Source: an uncultured Thermoprotei archaeon (GTDB lineage Archaea; Thermoproteota; Thermoprotei; Thermofilales; B15-G2). From it: a DNA stretch of 64,000 bases. The stretch covers positions 41,391 through 105,390 of the forward strand of contig CBDUKN010000006.1 in the NCBI GenBank assembly GCA_965367815.1, read 5' to 3'. Both the position numbers and the translations under genes were made by a program. Numbering within the stretch: position 1 is the first letter of the stretch; every line of letters begins with the position of its first letter. The notes under the pieces are model-generated. The model searched no databases. It was given only the letters and a program-made list of their open reading frames with translations, and was not told the DNA's origin. Positions 8,784 to 18,846 of the stretch are shown one piece after another.

Positions 8784-10073
8784 ATGGGAAAAATTAAAAT
8801 AAAGCCCGTATTTGTGTCTTATGAAAAAGGATTTTTCAGAGAACTGCCTTCAGCAGAAGAATTTGAAAAAAGAGTTAATGAAGTGTACTCGAAGCTAAAG
8901 AAACTCTATCCTGAAGTCGATTTCTCTGAGCCAGCGCTCATCACTGATGTAGCTGGCTTAAATAGACTAAAGAGCGAGTTGACATACGATACTGACGGAA
9001 TACTAGTTTACAGGCTCGGCGGTATAGCTCATAAGCTTTTAGCAGATATCGGATTAATAGGTCCTCCTCTCATTATGGTAGGTAGAGGAGTGCTTAACCA
9101 CGATATTGTAGCCTACTTGAGGCAAAGAGGTAGAGAAGCCTATGCTGTAGTCGACGAAAAAGACCTCTCTAGACTATTTTTCTTCCTTACTGCAAGAAAA
9201 AGAGTTAAGTCTACTAGAGTACTAGTAGTGTCTTCGAAAAGCCTTCCGTCGTTCTCCGCTATAAGCTCTGCCTACGACCTTGACTTAATGAAAGTAAAGC
9301 TGGGTATAGACTATGAGTGGATTAGTAGCGAGAAACTGTTAAGTGAAACGGAAAAAGTGAGTGATAAAGAGGCTAGAGAAGTGCTAGATGATATTTTAAG
9401 TTATGCCATTAAGGTTGAAGTTAGTGAAGAAAACTTATTGAAGGCTGTAAAACTTTATATTGCTTTAAAGAAACTTTTAAAGGAAAATTACTGTAATGCT
9501 GTTGCCGTAGACTGCGCCGAGCCAATATACTTTGAGCACCGAGTAACTCCCTGCTTAGCATTTACTCTTCTGAAAGACGAAGGCATACCTGCTTCCTGCG
9601 AAGCAGACTTAAGCGCACTTACGGCAATGATTATATTAATGTACTTGTCGAATAAACCCGCCTTTATGGGTAACTTGTGGCTTCACAGCGCCGAAGAGAA
9701 CATTGTACGCTACTCTCACGACGTCCCTCCGACAAGAATTCTTGGCGAAGACCGTAAACCTTTTGAGCTACATGATTTCCACGACAAGAACTACAGCGCT
9801 ACAGTGTATGTTGAAGTACCTAAAGAACTAAAAATAACATTAGCTAGAGTAGATTCTTCCTTCAGCAAAATACTAGTATTTAAGGGAACTGTAAAAGCTT
9901 CTCACGAAGGAGTAGGCTGCAGAGAAACACTTGACATAAAGGTAAATAATGCTCTAGACCTTGTCGAGAAAGTAGCGAACTACGGACATCATTTTGCGGC
10001 AGTTCTAGGCGACTACACGGAAGAATTAATTAAACTAGCTAAAATGATGAAAATAGAACCAGAGTGTGCATGA
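8784..10073 (+). CDS. L-fucose/L-arabinose isomerase-like protein (paralog of 3341..4687)
   Basis: TPCLAFTLLKDEGIPASCEAD, FMGN, HD, GCR, GHHFAAVLGD. Confidence 0.75.
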   Translation: MGKIKIKPVFVSYEKGFFRELPSAEEFEKRVNEVYSKLKKLYPEVDFSEPALITDVAGLNRLKSELTYDTDGILVYRLGGIAHKLLADIGLIGPPLIMVGRGVLNHDIVAYLRQRGREAYAVVDEKDLSRLFFFLTARKRVKSTRVLVVSSKSLPSFSAISSAYDLDLMKVKLGIDYEWISSEKLLSETEKVSDKEAREVLDDILSYAIKVEVSEENLLKAVKLYIALKKLLKENYCNAVAVDCAEPIYFEHRVTPCLAFTLLKDEGIPASCEADLSALTAMIILMYLSNKPAFMGNLWLHSAEENIVRYSHDVPPTRILGEDRKPFELHDFHDKNYSATVYVEVPKELKITLARVDSSFSKILVFKGTVKASHEGVGCRETLDIKVNNALDLVEKVANYGHHFAAVLGDYTEELIKLAKMMKIEPECA

Positions 10074-10126
10074 GTCTGACAGTTAGTTAACAAGACTTAT
10101 ATATAATATCTGATATCTAATTAACA

Positions 10127-11542
10127 ATGTCTCTAAAAATACAGCACTTATTAATCCAGAATCCTTGGTGGGAAGATCCTAGCGAAGTACTTAGAGATAG
10201 TAAAGTAATCGAAGCACTAAGCAGAAAACCTCAAAAAACATATTCTTTCGAAAACATCAAAAACACTATTCTTCTGGGCCCTCGCCAAGTGGGCAAAACA
10301 ACTTACCTCAAATTAATGATCCGACACCTACTACTCGAAAAGAAAATAGATCCACGGAGAGTACTTTACTTCTCCTGTGAATTACTAAATACTAAAGAAG
10401 ATATAGTAGAGCTACTTAAACTATACGATAGACTTTTTCCTGAAGTTAAAAAAGCCAAGTATATTCTACTTGATGAAATAACTTTTGTAGAAAACTGGGA
10501 AGCAGCAGTCAAACATATGCTGGACACACAAATTTCAAGAAATAAAGTCATCTATATTACTGGCTCTAGCTCAATATGGTTACTAAAAGGATCTGAAAAA
10601 ATGCCCGGCAGAGATATCTCAGTAAGGCTTTTCATGCCTATGTGTTTTAGAGAATATGCTGAATTATTTGGCTCAATAAAACTTCGCGAAATAATAAGTT
10701 CTCTTAAACCAGTCAACTTAAGTAAAATAGATAGTGTTAAAAAACTGTACAGAGAAGCTTTAAAAACATCACTTGTGCTAAACGAACTAAATGAGCTTTT
10801 TCTTAAGTATTTAAAGACAGGAGGCTTTTATAAATCTTCATATGAATACTTATATTCAAGTAGAATAAGTGAAGAAACTTACTTAACGTACGTCAAGTGG
10901 ATTGAAGGAGATTTAGCTAAACTAAATAGGAGAATAAGTCTTCTTCGCCCCTTAATAACAGCTATTGTAGAGAAACTATCTACGAGAATCTCTTACGCCT
11001 CTTTAGCCAAGATCTCTGAGCTCAAAAGCCATATTACAGTAAGAGATTACATAGAGATACTTGAAGGACTTCTTCTCCTCAGAGTATTTTATCAAGTAGA
11101 TATTTCTTCAAAAACACCTAATTACAGAAAAGAAAAGAAAGTATATTTTACAGATCCGTTTCTCTACAATGTTTTTAAGGGATACTCTCATGAAGTATAC
11201 AGAGACTACTCTGTAGAAAATGCAGTCATACTAGTAGAAAATATTATAGGAGAACATTTAGCAAGACAATTTAGAAGACACGAAACAAGAGTAATGTATT
11301 ATTGTGAAGTAAAAGAAACAGACTTCGTTTTACTCAAAGAAAACCTTAAGCTACTTGGAATAGAAGTTAAGTGGCAAAAAGATGTTAAACCCGAAGACTT
11401 TGCTAACAGACATAGATTTAAAGAGAAAATTCTAGTAACCATGAATGATCTAGATTACTGCGAAAAATATAATATGGCTTTAATACCGGCTTCAGTTTTC
11501 TTAATACTACTTGATAAACACCAATTATATAAAGTAAGTTAA
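10127..11542 (+). CDS. AAA_14/DUF4143 family archaeal ATPase
   Basis: QNPWW, GPRQVGKTT, LLDEI, TGSS, GR, KKVYFTDP, ETDF...IEVKW. Confidence 0.88.
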   Translation: MSLKIQHLLIQNPWWEDPSEVLRDSKVIEALSRKPQKTYSFENIKNTILLGPRQVGKTTYLKLMIRHLLLEKKIDPRRVLYFSCELLNTKEDIVELLKLYDRLFPEVKKAKYILLDEITFVENWEAAVKHMLDTQISRNKVIYITGSSSIWLLKGSEKMPGRDISVRLFMPMCFREYAELFGSIKLREIISSLKPVNLSKIDSVKKLYREALKTSLVLNELNELFLKYLKTGGFYKSSYEYLYSSRISEETYLTYVKWIEGDLAKLNRRISLLRPLITAIVEKLSTRISYASLAKISELKSHITVRDYIEILEGLLLLRVFYQVDISSKTPNYRKEKKVYFTDPFLYNVFKGYSHEVYRDYSVENAVILVENIIGEHLARQFRRHETRVMYYCEVKETDFVLLKENLKLLGIEVKWQKDVKPEDFANRHRFKEKILVTMNDLDYCEKYNMALIPASVFLILLDKHQLYKVS

Positions 11543-11660
11543 GGGCTTTTCCATACTTCCTACTTTCATTAATTCATAACAGTAAATTGTTTAACTAAAT
11601 ATCATTCCTAAGTTTATAGAAAGCTTTAAATACTTTTATAGGAAACATCTATGAGTCTTA

Positions 11661-12986
11661 ATGCAAAATAGGAATCTTAGTAAAAAATGCCCAACAGGTA
11701 TCAAGGAGCTCGATAATATTCTCGAAGGAGGATTCGAGCGTGGAAGCGTAGTATTGATAGCAGGACACCCAGGCGCGGGGAAAAGCACGTTTGCTGCTCA
11801 ATTCATATACAGGGGAGCAGTAGATTACCGTGAACCAGGAGTATATATTAGCTTCTCTGAAAACAAGAAAGAATTCTATGAACACATGAAAGCATTTAAC
11901 TTCAACTTCAGTAGCCTAGAGAAAATAAATATGTTTAAATATATTCCCTTAATAAGTATTGCAGACGAAAAAATGGTATGCGATATTATAAGCAATATTT
12001 ATAGCGCAATAGAAGAAATAAGGGCTAAACGCCTTGTAATAGACTCTATTACATCTATTCTAGGAACATTCTCAATAAAAGAGGCTAGAGCATTTCTTCA
12101 CACAAATGTTCTCTTAGGGCTAAAACCCTACAACGTTACATCGCTATTAATAGCGGATCTGCCTTGGGGAAAAGAAATAATAGGCTATGGTTTCGAAGAA
12201 TTCTTAGCCGATACTATAATAGTCTTAAAGCTAGATGAGAAAAGAGGACTAACTAGAAGAGTACTAGAAATAAGGAAGAATAGAGGAGCACCTACTCCTA
12301 GAGTATCCTACGATTTTGTTATAACTAAAGAAGGCATAAAGCTCTACGTACCACTTGAAGCAAGTCTTTCAGGAGGCTTTACTAAAGAAAGGGCAACAAC
12401 AGGAGTACCTGAGCTAGATAAAATGCTCGGAGGAGGTGTACTCAGAGGCTCAGTAGTCCTCATAAGTGGTCCTTCAGGTACAGGAAAAACACTTATTTCG
12501 CTCAGCTTTGCTATAGAAGGAGCAAAAAGAGGAGAAAAGGTAATTTATATAAGTTTTGAAGAACCAAGAGACCAAATTAAAACAGTTATAGAAAATATGA
12601 AAGTAGACTACAGCGAAATTAAAGACAATCTACACATATATGCACTGAGCCCTAGACTCTTTACTCCGGCAGCACTTTACAGCTTCTACGAAGAACTCAT
12701 TAAGAAACATTCGCCTTCAAGAGTAATTATAGACGGGGCTTCAGCCTTATCGAGACACTACGAAGAAGAAGAGTACTTGAAGTTGATACGCAATATAAGC
12801 TTGCTGTCAAAATTACACAGGATAACTCTCCTAATAACAGCTCTCTCAAACATAATATTACTTGAAGAAATAGGTGTGAGCAGTATAGCTGATGTACTAA
12901 TAGCTCTCTGGTTTGATACACAGGGAGATAAAATAAGAAAAAAGATAACTGTATTAAAGCAGAGAGGAAGCTGGGTAAAAACGTGA
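11661..12986 (+). CDS. KaiC/RAD55-family two-domain ATPase (C-terminus appears truncated)
   Basis: Two RecA domains: TGIKELD..GG, GHPGAGKS; TGVPELD..GGG, GPSGTGKT, SFEE. Ends abruptly at KQRGSWVKT. Confidence 0.88.
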   Translation: MQNRNLSKKCPTGIKELDNILEGGFERGSVVLIAGHPGAGKSTFAAQFIYRGAVDYREPGVYISFSENKKEFYEHMKAFNFNFSSLEKINMFKYIPLISIADEKMVCDIISNIYSAIEEIRAKRLVIDSITSILGTFSIKEARAFLHTNVLLGLKPYNVTSLLIADLPWGKEIIGYGFEEFLADTIIVLKLDEKRGLTRRVLEIRKNRGAPTPRVSYDFVITKEGIKLYVPLEASLSGGFTKERATTGVPELDKMLGGGVLRGSVVLISGPSGTGKTLISLSFAIEGAKRGEKVIYISFEEPRDQIKTVIENMKVDYSEIKDNLHIYALSPRLFTPAALYSFYEELIKKHSPSRVIIDGASALSRHYEEEEYLKLIRNISLLSKLHRITLLITALSNIILLEEIGVSSIADVLIALWFDTQGDKIRKKITVLKQRGSWVKT

Positions 12987-13252
12987 TAGCAATTCTGCTA
13001 GCGAACCTTAGGGCTGTGTACGATGCTCTCTTAGAGCTAAACAACAATATCGAAGACCAGACAGATAACTTGATAATCGAGCTAGTTTCAGCAATAAGCG
13101 GAAAATACAATATAAATATAGACCCCCATGAAGTCCTCGACGCACTTAAAGAAAACAATAGCCAAAAAATAGAGAGAATAACTAGACAGCTAGTAAACAG
13201 CAATAGAAAAAATCTAGTACTTAAAGGCACTCAAGTAACTCGGCTACCCTGA
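12983..13252 (+). CDS. Hypothetical helical protein, possibly a gene fragment
   Basis: Plausible codon usage, overlaps the KaiC stop; no motif recognised. Confidence 0.4.
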   Translation: MIAILLANLRAVYDALLELNNNIEDQTDNLIIELVSAISGKYNINIDPHEVLDALKENNSQKIERITRQLVNSNRKNLVLKGTQVTRLP

Positions 13253-13438
13253 TTGTCTAGGCTCTAAGTACATTTCTACTACGTAACCGCACTTAGCGCA
13301 AAAAAGAATCCTTAGTCTACGCTCTTCAAGCCAGTCAGGAATTTTAATAAACGACTTCACTATAGGAAACTTCTCAGCAATCTTAGAGACATCGATGTGC
13401 TTCTCTAAGACTTCTCCTTCGCACTTAGGACACTCCAT
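13244..13438 (-). CDS. Small zinc-ribbon protein
   Basis: CPKC...CAKC. Confidence 0.75.
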   Translation of the reverse strand: MECPKCEGEVLEKHIDVSKIAEKFPIVKSFIKIPDWLEERRLRILFCAKCGYVVEMYLEPRQSG

Positions 13439-13469
13439 GAAAACTACTGCAATTACAAGTATTAAAGCT

Positions 13470-14105
13470 TTAGGGACTAGTTAGCGCTGCATACCAGCTA
13501 GCTATACCTCTCATAATCATTTCAGCTGCTATAGCAGCGACAATAACTGCCATAAATCTGCCTACTGCTCTCACTACGCTAGGCTTCATTAACTCTATTA
13601 ATTTCTCGCCGAATCTCAGAGTCAAGTAAGTAGCTAGTACCGCTAAGTACGCCGCTACTAGTACAAAAACAGTGTTCATTAAAGACACTTTCCTGGTAGT
13701 CAATAAAATAAGAATAGTCATTGTGCCTGGACCTACAATTAAGGGAGTAGCTATAGGCACTACAGCAATATCCTCTGGATCAAGCTCTCTTGTCCGGGGA
13801 GGCCCGCCGAGCATCTCAGCAGCTATAATCATTAGAAGTACTCCTCCTCCCACCTGAAGCGAGCTAACGCTAATATCGAAGAAAGCCAGCAAGTAGTCTC
13901 CAGCTAGCGTAAATACTGTTACTAAGAATAAGATAACTATGCTGGCTCTAAGCACAATAGCATTTCTCTTTTCTTTGCTAAAGTCTTCTGTGAGTGAAAT
14001 AAATACAGGTAGGACCCCAGGTGGATCCATTATAGCGTATATTTGAATAAAATAAACAATTAAATCAGTCAGTGTAGGCTGACTCACAGCTTCTTGAACT
14101 AACAC
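13470..14105 (-). CDS. MarC family integral membrane protein
   Basis: IMDPPG.LPVF, IAVVPIATPLIVGPG. Confidence 0.92.
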   Translation of the reverse strand: MLVQEAVSQPTLTDLIVYFIQIYAIMDPPGVLPVFISLTEDFSKEKRNAIVLRASIVILFLVTVFTLAGDYLLAFFDISVSSLQVGGGVLLMIIAAEMLGGPPRTRELDPEDIAVVPIATPLIVGPGTMTILILLTTRKVSLMNTVFVLVAAYLAVLATYLTLRFGEKLIELMKPSVVRAVGRFMAVIVAAIAAEMIMRGIASWYAALTSP

Positions 14106-14117
14106 TAGTTAAAAATC

Positions 14118-14921
14118 TTACTCTTTAACAATATGAAAAATACACTTATCGTCTCCAGCACTAAGACACTCTACTTCCTCTACTCTGTACCTCGATTTAA
14201 GTCCTCCCTCTAAATATCCTGCAAGATAGCCTCTAGTCCAGTGACAAGACGGCTCTCCCTCTTTTCTACAACATATTGCCTCGAAATTGTCTAGTATTTC
14301 AATATAGTATTCTCTAGGCTCAATTTCCTCGATTTTAAAAACATAGCCGCGCCCCGTAAACATCCATATAGCCGAAAATCTCTTTAGCACATCTACTTCA
14401 CTAAAAAACTTCACTCTCTTAGCTGCATCGAGTTCAGCTAAAGTAAGACCCCATGTTCTACCAAGCAGAAAAAGTAGAGCTTTTCCCTCGTCTCCCCACC
14501 GCTCTTTAATAACAGCCATACCTTTACTAAAATGTTCTGCATCAAAAAGTACAGCTCTCCTCAAAGTACCGTGGTATACTAGAGGAAAAACTCTCGAAAA
14601 CCTTACTTCGGGATCAGCCCTTTTAACATAGTACTCTACTTTAATTACTTCGGGTAGAGAATCTATTTCGTCAGCAGCCTTCTCGACTGACTTAAAGCTT
14701 TCAACGAGCTCAGCTATAATAAATAGAGGCCTAAAGCCTTTAACAGCGACTCCGGTGCCTATTTCTTCTGCCTCTATACCATTTTCGCACAGCTTCTCAA
14801 TGACTTTAGGTAGTGCTCGAGATAAGTCAGTTACGAGAACAATAAGCTCGACAAAAGTTTTTCCTGGAGCATAGACATAGCCGAAAACTTCTCTAGCATA
14901 AATGTCTTTAACTCTGTGCAT
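14118..14921 (-). CDS. ACT-like + V4R domain protein
   Basis: C-terminal V4R signature NFE..C...SCHWTRGYLAG...VEEVECLSAGDDKCIF. Confidence 0.8.
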   Translation of the reverse strand: MHRVKDIYAREVFGYVYAPGKTFVELIVLVTDLSRALPKVIEKLCENGIEAEEIGTGVAVKGFRPLFIIAELVESFKSVEKAADEIDSLPEVIKVEYYVKRADPEVRFSRVFPLVYHGTLRRAVLFDAEHFSKGMAVIKERWGDEGKALLFLLGRTWGLTLAELDAAKRVKFFSEVDVLKRFSAIWMFTGRGYVFKIEEIEPREYYIEILDNFEAICCRKEGEPSCHWTRGYLAGYLEGGLKSRYRVEEVECLSAGDDKCIFHIVKE

Positions 14922-15253
14922 ACGTGTACAAAAAGAACCAGCGCATATATACCTTTTTATTTTAACTGAAATAAATAGTGTTCAATATTTCAGGAAACCA
15001 TAAAAACATTTTTATTCTTTTTTATTCTTTTCTCTAATACCCCTTAAATAAAATCTAAGCGATACACTATATATTTCCGAAAAAATCAACAAATACTCAA
15101 AAAACAGTCACTTTTATAGCTGTTCAACTTATATTTACTTTGCGTAAAAATATTAACTAAATTATTATTTTTACTCAATTTTTCCCTTAAAATCAGGCTC
15201 AGTTCCACTTCACTAGGTAAGTATTTTAAAGGAAAGGCTGATAGTAGTACTGT

Positions 15254-16369
15254 ATGTCTGAAGTATATCTTATCAAGTTTACTAGGCATACTCACAACAT
15301 ATTAAAGTACACTAGAATACTTCTCGAAGCTACTAACTTCAAAAATAATCTGAAAGAAGGAGAGCTAGTTGCAGTAAAACTGCATTTCGGCGAACGAGGA
15401 AATATGCGTCATCCAAGACCCCAAATAGTTAAAGCTATAGTAGACTACATTAAAGAAAATGGAGCACTCCCGTTTTTAACAGACACTACCACTCTTTACT
15501 CGGGGTACAGGCGAAACGCTGTTGAGTACTTAGAGACAGCTGCTATTAACGGCTTTACAATAGGGACTGTTGATGCGCCGGTAATAATTGCCGACGGTCT
15601 CCTTGGAAGAGACTACAGAGAAGTAAAAACTCCCGGTGAACTAGGATCCGTTGCAGTAGCTTCAGCTATTGCTGAAGCAGACGCTATGGTAGTTTTATCG
15701 CACTTTAAGTTCCACGTGTCATTTGGCTTCGGAGGAGCATTAAAAAACCTAGCTATGGGCTGCGTTGCCCGTAAAACTAAATTTGATATGCACGCTGTAG
15801 CTAAGCCAGAAATCATACCGGAGCGCTGTATTGGCTGTGGACTTTGTGCAAGACACTGTGCATGGGGCGCTATCTCTATTAAAGAAGGAAAAGCAGTCAT
15901 AGATTACAGCAAGTGTGTTGGCTGTGGAGACTGCGTTGCTATATGTAGGCAGAAAGCCGTCCGCATGCCCTGGGGTACAGGTGAACACGTAGAGAAAATG
16001 CTTAAGAGAGCAGCTGAAGCCGTATGTGGTGTTTTAAAAACATTTGATAAAAATAAAGTACTTTACATAAACTTACTTGTGGAAATAACTAGACTATGTG
16101 ACTGCGCTACTTCACTTGAGCCCCCAGTAGTAGTTGACATAGGTATGCTCGCTTCCTATGACCCCGTGGCAATAGACCAGGCTTCGCTCGATTTAGTCAA
16201 TAATGCTCCAGGATACTATTTCAAAGAAGACGGGTCTTTAGAAAAAATAGAAGCAGGCGTAGATAAAGTAAAGTTCTTCTTCCCTGAAGTAAAGTACTGG
16301 ATACTACTAGAAGAAGCAGAAAAAATGGGAATAGGTCAAAGAAAGTACAAATTAATTAGGCTAGGATAG
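15254..16369 (+). CDS. DUF362 Fe-S protein with inserted 2x[4Fe-4S] ferredoxin
   Basis: VKLHFGE, HFKFH..FGGALKN, CIGCGLCARHC, CVGCGDCVAIC, CDC, DPVAIDQA. Confidence 0.9.
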   Translation: MSEVYLIKFTRHTHNILKYTRILLEATNFKNNLKEGELVAVKLHFGERGNMRHPRPQIVKAIVDYIKENGALPFLTDTTTLYSGYRRNAVEYLETAAINGFTIGTVDAPVIIADGLLGRDYREVKTPGELGSVAVASAIAEADAMVVLSHFKFHVSFGFGGALKNLAMGCVARKTKFDMHAVAKPEIIPERCIGCGLCARHCAWGAISIKEGKAVIDYSKCVGCGDCVAICRQKAVRMPWGTGEHVEKMLKRAAEAVCGVLKTFDKNKVLYINLLVEITRLCDCATSLEPPVVVDIGMLASYDPVAIDQASLDLVNNAPGYYFKEDGSLEKIEAGVDKVKFFFPEVKYWILLEEAEKMGIGQRKYKLIRLG

Positions 16370-16630
16370 CGCTGTTTCTTTAAGCCATGTTTCCAGCTTT
16401 TCTCTCTTAAAAACGTATTTATGTTTAAGTGAAGTAGCTTTAAGCTGCTTAGCTAGCTCCTTTAAAGCTCGAGAAAAACATATGACTTCACGTTTACTTG
16501 TTTTCCTCCCTCCATAATATCGTCTCAAGTCTTTTGAACTTAAAGTAACAATACCTCCTTTTGTTTGAGAAAGCTTTTTCTCAGCAACTATCCTCACCAG
16601 CCTAAACCCCTCAGCCATCCATCTATCCAT
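16361..16630 (-). CDS. Small basic hypothetical protein (possible DNA-binding)
   Basis: Lys/Arg-rich 89 aa ORF with RBS-like GAGGGG upstream. Confidence 0.55.
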   Translation of the reverse strand: MDRWMAEGFRLVRIVAEKKLSQTKGGIVTLSSKDLRRYYGGRKTSKREVICFSRALKELAKQLKATSLKHKYVFKREKLETWLKETALS

Positions 16631-16790
16631 TAACTTCCCCTCAAAACACTTTTAGTAACTATACTCATAGGGAATTTAAGCCTTTTGTCCGGCAGTCCTA
16701 CTATTAATTGAATAATTAACAAAATAAAAATTTTTCGTATTCAAAAAAGACCAGACTATATTTGTTTATAAAAATAGATAATTTGATAAT

Positions 16791-16961
16791 TTAACCCATC
16801 ATTAGGCCTCTTCTTTCAGTTCTAGAGTAAAGCTCTCTATTAAGTAGATCTCTTACAGCGACGCGAATCGCTTCACTGCGACTAGGATAGCGTCCTCCCT
16901 CAACAAGTTTTTCGAGACCCTGAACAAGATGGTCGGGAAGGTGTACTGTTATTAGCCGCAT
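16791..16961 (-). CDS. Small RHH (CopG/Arc/MetJ, CdrS-like) regulator
   Basis: MRLITVHLP...LVEGGRYPSRSEAIRVAVRDLL; start probably ATG 16961. Confidence 0.85.
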   Translation of the reverse strand: MRLITVHLPDHLVQGLEKLVEGGRYPSRSEAIRVAVRDLLNRELYSRTERRGLMMG

Positions 16962-17222
16962 GTTGGATTTTCTGCCCACAGCCCCCAGCTTCCTCATGTT
17001 AAGCATAGTATCCAAGAGATTTAAAACCGTACCCGGGGGGTCGTGAATAAGAGCGTATTATACAGATATTTTACCTACTCTTTTACCCAAAAATATTCGA
17101 AGATAGCTGTAAAAATACATTTTTATGTGCCTACTATTTCACAGAATACTTTATTAACAAAAGTTTTTCTCAAAAGAGAAGAGAAAAGGTCAAGAAAAGT
17201 TAGCTACAATGATACTTAAATT

Positions 17223-17906
17223 CTATATATTTTGCACAAACCGTCTAGCATTGAGTATAAGTTTCTCTAGAACAGTATACGCTTTGAGAGCTTCTCTTCT
17301 ATCTACTATGAGAATAGTGTCAGTGTGACATGAGATAAACTGAGTTATGTTTATTCCTTGACTAGCTAGCGCTGAAAGAATGTAGGCTATTACTCCAGGA
17401 GTTTTGATTATCTCACGGGGGCTCGTAATGAGTATTGCTGTCTGATTTTCTAGAACTTCTACATCGCCTATTTTAGCTAAAGTTTTTTCGATTAAGCTCC
17501 GTATACTATTGTAGAGGTCTTTATCCATCATTATAGTCATGTGTCTAGAACTCTGAGTCACTTGAAGAAAACCAGTCTTTTTTAGAAAAACTTCTTTAGT
17601 TAATACACTAGAACCCTGTACTCCACAAATAGTGCACACGACAATATCATTTATTAATTGTAGAGAACTAGAAGCAATTATTTCTCTTACACGGTCTTCG
17701 GTGAAACTCTTTTCTTCAAGTTTCTCAGCAAATCTTCTTAAAGCCATTTTTACTGCAGGAATATTTTCTTTACCTAAATTTAGCTCAGAGACAATTAATC
17801 TAGCCAGGGCGCTATAGTTTACTATTTTTTTCGATAGTGCTTCAAGTAAATAGGGTCTTGAGGAAACATATTCTCTCACAATGTTACTTATATTCTCTCG
17901 TCCCAC
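17223..17906 (-). CDS. N-terminal HTH-like + ACT domain protein (putative amino-acid-responsive regulator)
   Basis: IVNYSALAR N-terminal motif; C-terminal TPGVIAYILSALASQGINI ACT domain. Confidence 0.8.
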   Translation of the reverse strand: MGRENISNIVREYVSSRPYLLEALSKKIVNYSALARLIVSELNLGKENIPAVKMALRRFAEKLEEKSFTEDRVREIIASSSLQLINDIVVCTICGVQGSSVLTKEVFLKKTGFLQVTQSSRHMTIMMDKDLYNSIRSLIEKTLAKIGDVEVLENQTAILITSPREIIKTPGVIAYILSALASQGINITQFISCHTDTILIVDRREALKAYTVLEKLILNARRFVQNI

Positions 17907-17908
17907 AA

Positions 17909-17962
17909 GTTACATTTGTAACAGGAATATTTCAATCTTATGCTATATGTTACATTAGGAAT
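17909..17962. promoter_or_regulatory. Palindrome and partial repeat in the divergent promoter (candidate operator)
   Basis: GTTACA-TT-TGTAAC (17909-17922) and GTTACA-TT-AGGAAT (17949-17962). Confidence 0.5.
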
Positions 17963-17991
17963 ATATTTGTCCCAATTTAAACCTAGACGAG

Positions 17992-18825
17992 GTGATACAT
18001 GTGAACAAGAATCTGTTAATAGGAATAGCCGTAGGTCTAGTAATAGGAATCATTGTAGGAGCGACAGCCTCTGCCGTGCTGCCACTCCTCCATAAACATA
18101 AAGAAGAAAGCTTACTCGAGAAAATTAAGAAAAGAGGAGTCTTGATAGTCGGGACTAGCGCTGACTGGCCTCCATTCGAGTACATTGATAAAAGCGGGAA
18201 TTATGCCGGAATAGATATCGAGATAGCTAAAAAGATAGCTGAAGCAATTGGAGTAAAACTTGAGATAAAAGACATTAAGTTTGACGCGCTTATTGCTGCT
18301 CTTAAGGGAGGAGAAATAGACATGATTATAGCTGACATGACTCCTACAGCTGAAAGAGAAAAGGAAGTTGATTTCTCTACGCCGTACTACTTAGATGTCT
18401 TTGTCTTCGTAGTACTCAAATCATCCAATATATCTTCTCTAGAAGACCTATACGGTAAAACAATTGGTGTTCAGCAAGGAACTATTCAAGAAGAATGGGC
18501 TAATGAGCATCTTAAAGGCAAGTGCACTATTAAGAGCTATACTAAAGTCTACCCCGACATGGTCTTAGTTCTCGAGAGAGGAGATGTTGACGCTATACTA
18601 ATATCTAAAACTGTAGCAGAGGTGCTTATGGCTAAAGACCCTGAGCTCAAAATAGCTTTCCTAGTAAAGGGAACAGAGGAATACGCAGCTATAGCAGTGC
18701 CAGAGAATGCCGAGGACTTAAAGTATGTTGTAAACAAAGTAATCGAGCAGTTAAAGAGCTCCGGTGAACTAGACAAGATTATTCAGCAGGAAATAGACAA
18801 GTGGCTTAAAGAACAGGGCGGCTAA
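17992..18825 (+). CDS. Polar amino-acid ABC substrate-binding protein
   Basis: GTSADWPPFEY, GIDIEIA, FDALI..L, EREKEVDFS.PY, GVQQGTIQE. Confidence 0.93.
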   Translation: MIHVNKNLLIGIAVGLVIGIIVGATASAVLPLLHKHKEESLLEKIKKRGVLIVGTSADWPPFEYIDKSGNYAGIDIEIAKKIAEAIGVKLEIKDIKFDALIAALKGGEIDMIIADMTPTAEREKEVDFSTPYYLDVFVFVVLKSSNISSLEDLYGKTIGVQQGTIQEEWANEHLKGKCTIKSYTKVYPDMVLVLERGDVDAILISKTVAEVLMAKDPELKIAFLVKGTEEYAAIAVPENAEDLKYVVNKVIEQLKSSGELDKIIQQEIDKWLKEQGG

Positions 18826-18846
18826 CATTAGTAAAGGGACCCTTAT

